From positions 1 to 51,610 of the IMG/VR virus record IMGVR_UViG_3300008107_000554: a stretch of 51,610 bases of DNA; one strand, given 5' to 3'. The translations under genes were made by a program, and so were the position numbers. Below are positions 34,088 through 40,108 of the stretch, piece by piece. Below the pieces are notes generated by a model. That model was given only the letters and a program-made list of their open reading frames with translations, searched no databases and was not told the DNA's origin. The stretch comes from a virus. Taxonomy: Duplodnaviria > Caudoviricetes. Each line of letters begins with the position of its first letter. Position 1 is the first letter of the stretch.

Positions 34088-34151
34088 TGGCTTGTCTCAT
34101 CAGTGCCACGGTAGCCATCCGTGGCAGACTGGGGTTGCCCCCAGTTTCGAC
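34088..34151 (-). ncRNA. Type II hammerhead ribozyme with loop I pseudoknot
   Basis: The minus strand reads GUC-GAAA-CUGGGG(GCAA)CCCCAG-UC^-UGCCACGG(AUGGCUA)CCGUGGCA-CUGAUGA-GAC-AAGCCA. All core nucleotides and three stems are present. Confidence 0.92.
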
Positions 34152-34167
34152 TCATAGGGAATTTGCC

Positions 34168-34950
34168 TCACCCCCACCGCTTCTTGCTGGACTGGATGGC
34201 AGTAAGCTGCTTGTAGGCAGTGACATAGGCCACCTCGGTCTCCTCGATGCAGTCGTGATAGGTCAGCACTTGGCGCCGGATGGCGTCGAGGTGAGAGTCA
34301 ACAGTGACATAAGTGGACATGCCACGGGCAATGTCAGCGTAGCGATCCGGCTCATCGAGGCAAGCCAAGGCGATGTTAGACAGGCTGACAGTGCCCCAAC
34401 GCTCACCTTGTCTAGGGTCAATGCCCAGTCTGACTTGGGTCTGGACCCACAACTTGAACTGGTCGAAGCCCTTGGCACAGGCAGCATTAGCCTTCTTGCG
34501 GTTGACACTGTAACGGGTGAAGGGCTTGGTCCCAGCGATGATGTTAAGGTTCTTGTCCAGTGTGGCACAGCCATCGACCAGATACCCCATGCTGGTGTTG
34601 TTGATAGCACTGTTGCGTATCCACAGGACAGGACCAACAGGGTTGGTGTAGCTGGCCCAGACAGCACCGCGGAGCACTTGGTTGACCGCCTCGTCTGTCA
34701 GCTTGGAAGCATAGGGTTCGAGGTCAATGGTGCCATCGTCATGGTAAGTGATGATGTCAGTCTGGTAGAGCCGGATGGCGACAGAGCCATTGTCAAGTTT
34801 GCGGATGGTGAGGTTGTCATTGCGCCGCTGACCAAGGGGTCTCGTGTCAGTGGACCGCCCCCTGATGGGGACGATGCTGTCATACTTAGCCAGAGCTTGC
34901 TCATAGGAAGTGATGCCGCCACGGGGCAGGACGATGTTAGAGCCGAACAT
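34168..34950 (-). CDS. Hypothetical early protein
   Basis: 260 aa; YDSIVPIRGR..RPLGQRR, LYQTDII; AAGGAG RBS. Confidence 0.7.
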   Translation of the reverse strand: MFGSNIVLPRGGITSYEQALAKYDSIVPIRGRSTDTRPLGQRRNDNLTIRKLDNGSVAIRLYQTDIITYHDDGTIDLEPYASKLTDEAVNQVLRGAVWASYTNPVGPVLWIRNSAINNTSMGYLVDGCATLDKNLNIIAGTKPFTRYSVNRKKANAACAKGFDQFKLWVQTQVRLGIDPRQGERWGTVSLSNIALACLDEPDRYADIARGMSTYVTVDSHLDAIRRQVLTYHDCIEETEVAYVTAYKQLTAIQSSKKRWG

Positions 34951-35177
34951 TACAGGGTCTCCTTGATAGCGTTGATGCTGTTGTTGGTGGCGTTGACCAC
35001 GGACCAGAGGGCAGTCTCGTAGGGGATGGTCGGGTCAGACTGGATGACCTTGTCCACCTTGCGGTAGAACTCATTGACGCCGAGGTAGCCAATGACTGAC
35101 ATGGTGACACGTATCGTCTTGGGGTCGAGGACGGCGGTGGAGACGAAGGTGGTCGTAACGGTGACGGTGGTAGGCAT
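34950..35177 (-). CDS. Hypothetical early protein
   Basis: Coupled ORF with AAGGA RBS. Confidence 0.55.
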   Translation of the reverse strand: MPTTVTVTTTFVSTAVLDPKTIRVTMSVIGYLGVNEFYRKVDKVIQSDPTIPYETALWSVVNATNNSINAIKETL

Positions 35178-35178
35178 G

Positions 35179-35388
35179 TCAAAGTCCTTTCAAATGTGAG
35201 AGCCACTTGTAGACAGTGGACTGGCCGACGTTGAACTGAGCGGCAGCCTCCTTGACAGAGACACCCTCCACTCTGACGAGGCGCAGCACTTCGGCTCTCG
35301 TGGTGTCGTCGAGACCATAGGCTGGGTGGTAATCAGGGACGACTATGAGATAGTCGGGGCTGGATGGTGTAAAGGCCAGCCGCATCAC
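35179..35388 (-). CDS. Helix-turn-helix protein
   Basis: EGVSVKEAAAQFNVGQSTVYKWL. Confidence 0.75.
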   Translation of the reverse strand: MMRLAFTPSSPDYLIVVPDYHPAYGLDDTTRAEVLRLVRVEGVSVKEAAAQFNVGQSTVYKWLSHLKGL

Positions 35389-35657
35389 AGTGCCACCTCT
35401 ACCGGAGCAAGGCCGGGGTTGAACTGGATGTTAAGATGAGTGACGCCATAGTGCTGCTTGAGGTCGTGACGGTCACAGACAGTGATCCGGCAGTTGTTAA
35501 GCGGGGAAGACTGGTCGACCACTACGAGTTCATGACCAACGGTGTAGTCATAGACGGCATCAGCCTGACTGATGTAAGGGCGGCGAAGTGGCTTGACAGT
35601 GAGGGACTTGGTGTAAACCTGAGCAGCGAGGTCAGCGAGTTTGGTCCAGTTGGCCAT
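35385..35657 (-). CDS. Hypothetical early protein
   Basis: First gene downstream of the 35770 promoter; ATG 35657 after GGA. Confidence 0.55.
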   Translation of the reverse strand: MANWTKLADLAAQVYTKSLTVKPLRRPYISQADAVYDYTVGHELVVVDQSSPLNNCRITVCDRHDLKQHYGVTHLNIQFNPGLAPVEVAL

Positions 35658-35741
35658 GATAAGGGTCCATAGTTGTGTGTTAAGATTGATAAGCATTGTC
35701 AGGACCAGACTGTTTACAAGGTAGAGTCGGCCTGAGCCATG

Positions 35742-35770
35742 ACCTTAGCCGATTCCGCTGGCCGTGTCAA
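35742..35770 (-). promoter_or_regulatory. Sigma70-type early promoter
   Basis: TTGACA-N17-TAAGGT on the minus strand. Confidence 0.75.
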
Positions 35771-35789
35771 GTTTCGGAGGGTAGGGAGG

Positions 35790-36400
35790 TTTAATCCGCG
35801 CGGATAATGGGTTAGTCCGCGCGGGAACTGTGTAAAGTATCTACGAATTGGGCGCGCGATAGGCGAAGTATCTTTACAGTATGGATAGTGCAAGTGTTTG
35901 ATTTTGTTAGCGTTTTTTGGGGTGTATCTAAACTATCTACGATTTTTCAGAAGATAGACCCACTAAAAGAGCGCAACTGGAGCGGTTGTATTGTAAAGGT
36001 TTACACTCAACCGAGTTGATTGACGATTTCCGTCACGTATCTTCAAAAAAAACGTGTATATTATAGATAGTTTAGATACTTTACTACTACTACACACTGG
36101 TTTGATATGCTTTACACAAGCTAACCCCTTGGTTTCATTGGCTTTTCCATTTTGGTGTAAACATGTAAACTATCTAAATTTTACACATTCCGTGTAAAGG
36201 TAGTGTAAAGGTAAAATAGATAGTTGTTTAATATCAATGACTTACTGGGTGTAAAGACATAGGCCCCCGACAAATGGCACTCGATACGAGACGCTTTACA
36301 CTAGAGCTACAGGCCCCCGACGTATGGCGAGTGTAACGAGCAAACTTAACACGCAACCGCTACCTATGCGGGCGGTGTAAAGGTGTAAAGGTGTAGAGCA
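35790..36400. repeat. AT-rich non-coding region with GTGTAAAG/CTTTACAC and TATCTA repeats; putative replication origin
   Basis: Eight perfect octamers (35830, 36110, 36192, 36203, 36249, 36294, 36375, 36383) plus variants. 16-bp inverted repeat at 35924-39/36064-79. 18-bp near-identical direct repeat at 36261/36311. Confidence 0.7.
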
Positions 36401-36406
36401 GACAAC

Positions 36407-36438
36407 AAAAAACCCGCCCGGTGGTTAGCCGGGCGGGT
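36407..36438 (-). terminator. Rho-independent terminator
   Basis: ACCCGCCCGG-ctaacca-CCGGGCGGGT followed by a U-run on the minus strand. Confidence 0.85.
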
Positions 36439-36443
36439 CAGGG

Positions 36444-36635
36444 TTAGGTCAGGGCGAAGAAGAGGAACAGCAAGGTGGCGATCACGCCCATCAGCGCTTG
36501 GCCTATCATTTGCCAGTCCACCTTGCGGTGGTGAGCGGCGAGGTAACGCTGCGCGTTGTCCTGTCCGCGCTTGGAAATGTGCGTGTCGATCTTGAGCTGG
36601 CGATCGCGCAACGCGGCTTTGGTGTCGTGCTTCAT
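36444..36635 (-). CDS. Small early protein with C-terminal transmembrane helix
   Basis: Ends MIGQALMGVIATLLFLFFALT; AAGGA RBS. Confidence 0.65.
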   Translation of the reverse strand: MKHDTKAALRDRQLKIDTHISKRGQDNAQRYLAAHHRKVDWQMIGQALMGVIATLLFLFFALT

Positions 36636-36661
36636 TCTGTCAATCCTTGTGTGAGAGGTGA

Positions 36662-36692
36662 GGCGGGCCCTTGTGGGGCCCGCCCTGTTTTT
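36662..36692. terminator. Intergenic GC hairpin (U-run on the + strand)
   Basis: ggcgggccc-ttgtg-gggcccgcc-ctgttttt. Confidence 0.5.
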
Positions 36693-37050
36693 AGAACTCT
36701 ACCTTGGGCGCGGCGGCCTTGGCGGGCCGCGATCCGGTGCCTTTGGTGAACTTGAGTTTCGGCTGCGGGAACTTGCCGCGGACCAGAACCAGCTCGATCA
36801 TGTCGGCCTCTTTGGCCAGCTTGGCGAACACTGCCGGAGTTACGTCGGCACCAGCCGCAAGGGGCTTTTCAAAGCCGTCGGCCCAGATGGACCAGCCGGA
36901 CATGGTCAGCTTGTTGCCCTTGATCGCGTCGACCAAAGTTTTGGGGTTGCCGGCATTGTGCTTGCCGTCGGCTTTCCCCGTGATCCGGAATATATCCGAA
37001 CCAGCTTTGACCGGAACGATTGCGACTTGACCTTCGAAAAGTTTAGCCAT
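36691..37050 (-). CDS. First early gene, basic hypothetical protein
   Basis: MAKLFEGQVAIV..; GAAAGGA RBS before ATG 37050. Confidence 0.7.
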   Translation of the reverse strand: MAKLFEGQVAIVPVKAGSDIFRITGKADGKHNAGNPKTLVDAIKGNKLTMSGWSIWADGFEKPLAAGADVTPAVFAKLAKEADMIELVLVRGKFPQPKLKFTKGTGSRPAKAAAPKVEF

Positions 37051-37126
37051 TGTGTGTCCTTTCATATGGCATAAGGTTGATACTTCTGCCACCCATCATC
37101 GGCACTACGTGCCTAGGGTCAGGTTA

Positions 37127-37157
37127 ACGATGTCAAAGAGCGCCGGGGCTTCCCCCG
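37127..37157 (-). promoter_or_regulatory. boxB-like hairpin plus boxA antitermination signal
   Basis: The minus strand reads CGGGG-GAAG-CCCCG then CGCTCTTTGACATCGT, close to the boxA consensus GCTCTTTAACA. Confidence 0.6.
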
Positions 37158-37190
37158 TCCCGTCCAGCGATCGTTTGCTGTTCGGTGAGA

Positions 37191-37221
37191 TCTTTATCCG
37201 CTTTCCTGTCGGCCGTGTCAA
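37191..37221 (-). promoter_or_regulatory. Sigma70-type early promoter
   Basis: TTGACACGGCC (identical 11-mer to the 35770 promoter) followed by a GATAAAGA -10-like region. Confidence 0.6.
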
Positions 37222-37455
37222 CTGCTAATTTATAAAAATCTGCGACAATTTATAACAAAAAACGCGCGCCGCGCGGTCGCAGGCAGGCATGGGGGGTGGG
37301 GGGTTGGACAGCGGTCGCGCGGCCCCCCGCTATTGTAGTAAACCTCTTACAACACAACCCAAAAATACCAATCTTTACACCTGTACATCACCCGAACATT
37401 TTATAACACCCCTGCCAAAAATTTTCCCGGCCCAAAAAACCAAATCTTTACACTA

Positions 37456-37485
37456 TTGACCGCCCCCGCCTCCAAGAGTTACCAT
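37456..37485 (+). promoter_or_regulatory. Rightward promoter for the packaging genes
   Basis: TTGACC-N18-TACCAT, 6 nt before ATG 37492. Confidence 0.6.
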
Positions 37486-37491
37486 CCCCCC

Positions 37492-37968
37492 ATGTACATG
37501 AGCCCTGTTCACACCAAATGGACCGATCGGTTCGCCTTTGAACTCGCCCTTCTCATGGAAGGCAGCGGGGAAAAGCTCGACGAACTGCTGGATCGGCACG
37601 AGTTCGAGGCATCAGACCTCCTCACCTTCAAGAACGACGCCACTTTTCTCAAGAAAGTGGAGGCTTACAGGGAGGAAGTACGCACCAAGGGCCTCACATT
37701 CAGGGTCAAGGCGCGTGCACAGGCCGAAGAACTGCTCAAGACCAGCTGGATTCTCATCCACGACCCCATTGTGAGCCCCGCGGTGAAGGCCGACCTCATC
37801 AAAAGCACGGTCAAGTGGGCCGGACTGGACACAACCCCCGCCGGAGAGGGTCAGAACAACGCCGGTGGCGTCACGATCAGCATCAATTTGGGTGGACAGA
37901 CGCTGGATGTGACCGCCAAACCCGCCCCGACCGAGGTCGAGGACGCCGATGTCGTCGAAGAAGATTGA
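37492..37968 (+). CDS. Putative terminase small subunit
   Basis: Upstream of terL, helical, with a GGVTISINLG beta-strand near the C-terminus. Confidence 0.6.
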   Translation: MYMSPVHTKWTDRFAFELALLMEGSGEKLDELLDRHEFEASDLLTFKNDATFLKKVEAYREEVRTKGLTFRVKARAQAEELLKTSWILIHDPIVSPAVKADLIKSTVKWAGLDTTPAGEGQNNAGGVTISINLGGQTLDVTAKPAPTEVEDADVVEED

Positions 37969-38122
37969 TCCGATCGAGGTCTGCAAGCTGGACAGCACAT
38001 TTGCAGTGCAAGCGCTCGTCGCCACCCTACGGGACACCAATAAGTCCTACAGAATCATGAAAATTCCACGGCCGAAGCCTAGGTCTCCCCTCTATACGGT
38101 GATTATCTACAATGCCGCTTGA
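37949..38122 (+). CDS. Hypothetical 57-aa protein (not in ORF track)
   Basis: Translated by hand: MSSKKIDPIEVCKLDSTFAVQALVATLRDTNKSYRIMKIPRPKPRSPLYTVIIYNAA. GAGG RBS; bridges terS and terL. Confidence 0.5.
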   Translation: MSSKKIDPIEVCKLDSTFAVQALVATLRDTNKSYRIMKIPRPKPRSPLYTVIIYNAA

Positions 38123-39509
38123 TATTTCCTACACACCCACCCCTACGGTCACCCGGTTCATGCAATCGGACAAGAAGATGCGGGTCATCATGGGTCCTGT
38201 CGGCTCCGGCAAGTCCGTGGCCTGCTGCTTTGAGATTATCCGGCGTGCCAGCCAGCAAAAGCCCAATGCCAATGGCATCCGCAAGACCCGCTGCGCTGTG
38301 GTCCGCGAAACTGTCCGCCAACTCTCCGATACCACGATCAAAACCTTCCTCGACTGGTTCCCTCCGGGGGTCTGTGGTCACTTCATGCGCACCACCAAGA
38401 CCTACTTCTTCAAGGTGGGCGATGTGGAGTGCGAGATCATGTTCCGCGCGCTGGACGACGCGGATGACGTGGCCAACCTCAACTCTCTCGAACTGACCTT
38501 CGCGTGGTTCAACGAGTGCAGGGACATCCACCCGGATATTGTGGACGCGATGTCCAAACGTGTGGGTCGTTTCCCCTCAGCCAAGGATGGCGGGGCAACG
38601 TGGCACGGGATGTGGGCGGATACCAACCCGCCGACCATGGACACGTGGTGGTTCTACCAGATGGAGAAGATCGACCCGAAGGATGGGGTCAGCCCCAACA
38701 ACAACGGGTGGGATGTGTTCAAGCAGCCGTCGGGGCGCAGCCCCTACGCGGAGAACATCGAGAACCTGCCGGAAGGGTACTACGACACCCAAGGCCGATC
38801 GGAGGAGTACGTCAGGGTCTTCATCGACGGGGAGTACGGGCTTAGCCTTGCCGGCACGCCGGTGTTCAAATACTTCCGGCCGGACTACCACATGGCCAAG
38901 ATGCCGCTCAAAGCCATCACCAATGGCACGAGACCGATTATCGTGGGGATGGACCTCGGGCTCACGCCCGCGGCCGTCATCGGACAGCAGGACCCACGAG
39001 GCCGGGCGCTGGTGCTCGCAGAGGCGGTCAGTTACGACATGGGCATCCAGAGGTTCATGCGCACGGTGCTCAAGCCCCTGCTCTACGAGAAGTTCGCCGG
39101 GGCGCCAATCATCATCGTGGTTGACCCAGCCGGTACACAGCGAGCCCAGACCGACGAGCGCTCCGCGGTCGACATCATCAAGGCCGAAGGGTTCAGGGTC
39201 ATGCCCGCCCGGACCAACAACATCACACCGCGCATCGCCGCGGTCGACGACTACCTCATGCGACAGGTCGACGGTGATCCGGGGTTCCTCATGGACCCCA
39301 GCTGCATCCGGCTTAAGGCAGCTCTGATGGGCGGCTACCGGTTCAAGAAGAACGGCGACGGGTTGGAGAAGTCGGGCGATGCCGGCAAGCACAGCCACAT
39401 CGGTGACGCGATTAGCTATCTGATGATGCACATCGGCAGTCTCGACAGTGGCGCGATGATGCACACGCGGCGAGAGGTGAAGCGAGTTGACGCCAAAGGG
39501 TGGGCATGA
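38112..39509 (+). CDS. terL: Terminase large subunit
   Basis: Walker A GPVGSGKS, Walker B AWFNE, DTNPP, nuclease GMDLG and HSHIGDAISY. Confidence 0.92.
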   Translation: MPLDISYTPTPTVTRFMQSDKKMRVIMGPVGSGKSVACCFEIIRRASQQKPNANGIRKTRCAVVRETVRQLSDTTIKTFLDWFPPGVCGHFMRTTKTYFFKVGDVECEIMFRALDDADDVANLNSLELTFAWFNECRDIHPDIVDAMSKRVGRFPSAKDGGATWHGMWADTNPPTMDTWWFYQMEKIDPKDGVSPNNNGWDVFKQPSGRSPYAENIENLPEGYYDTQGRSEEYVRVFIDGEYGLSLAGTPVFKYFRPDYHMAKMPLKAITNGTRPIIVGMDLGLTPAAVIGQQDPRGRALVLAEAVSYDMGIQRFMRTVLKPLLYEKFAGAPIIIVVDPAGTQRAQTDERSAVDIIKAEGFRVMPARTNNITPRIAAVDDYLMRQVDGDPGFLMDPSCIRLKAALMGGYRFKKNGDGLEKSGDAGKHSHIGDAISYLMMHIGSLDSGAMMHTRREVKRVDAKGWA

Positions 39510-39562
39510 TACATAAAGTGTACCGGCGGATTCCCCTCCCTCGTCCGCTGCCTGCTCGACCT

Positions 39563-39597
39563 AACCCCTCCGGCCCACCCCCGGAGGGGTTTCTCTT
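39563..39597 (+). terminator. Rho-independent terminator after terL
   Basis: aacccctccgg-cccaccc-ccggaggggtt-tctctt. Confidence 0.7.
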
Positions 39598-39624
39598 GCT
39601 AGATGCGCGCAGCCGGGTTATATT
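39596..39624 (+). promoter_or_regulatory. Putative promoter for the head operon
   Basis: TTGCTA-N17-TATATT upstream of the GGAGG RBS and ATG 39651. Confidence 0.55.
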
Positions 39625-39650
39625 CTGTCAACTTGCAAGGGAGGTCCGTC

Positions 39651-39869
39651 ATGGACAAGAAGAAATCACTGGCGCCGAAGAAGTCCCCGCGCCCTATGGA
39701 CGCAGAGACGGGACGCGCAAATGCGACCCTGACTCGCGCCATGGGCGGTGCTGCGGCACGTGAGCGGCAGGATGCCGAGGCCGGGCGCATGGACGCTAAG
39801 CCTAAGGCCAAAGCCACCAAGGCTGGCATGAAGTCCAGCCCGCGCCCCAAGAAAAACCCGATGTACTGA
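39651..39869 (+). CDS. Small basic protein
   Basis: MDKKKSLAPKKSPRP..SSPRPKK; GGAGG RBS. Confidence 0.65.
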   Translation: MDKKKSLAPKKSPRPMDAETGRANATLTRAMGGAAARERQDAEAGRMDAKPKAKATKAGMKSSPRPKKNPMY

Positions 39870-39879
39870 GGAGTTCACC

Positions 39880-40095
39880 ATGGCACCGAAGACCCCAATC
39901 AAGACCGGTCGCAAGCCGACCACCGTCAACAAAGATAACTTCGGCACCGGCTACGCGAAGATGGTGACCGCAAACAAGCTGGACAAAGCTGGTTTGCCGG
40001 GTGCCGCGAAGAAGATGTCGCGGGAGGCGCTGGACATGATGGACAAGGGATCGCACCGCCTGCAGAAAGACTTTGGCAAGCGCAAGAAGCCGTAA
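39880..40095 (+). CDS. Small basic protein
   Basis: Lys-rich, 71 aa; GAGGAG RBS. Confidence 0.65.
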   Translation: MAPKTPIKTGRKPTTVNKDNFGTGYAKMVTANKLDKAGLPGAAKKMSREALDMMDKGSHRLQKDFGKRKKP

Positions 40096-40108
40096 ATAGG
40101 AACTCACT

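Noticed and set aside
35790-36400. Possible CRISPR array
   Set aside because: The repeats are 6-18 bp, irregularly spaced and in both orientations, with no constant spacer length and no cas genes.
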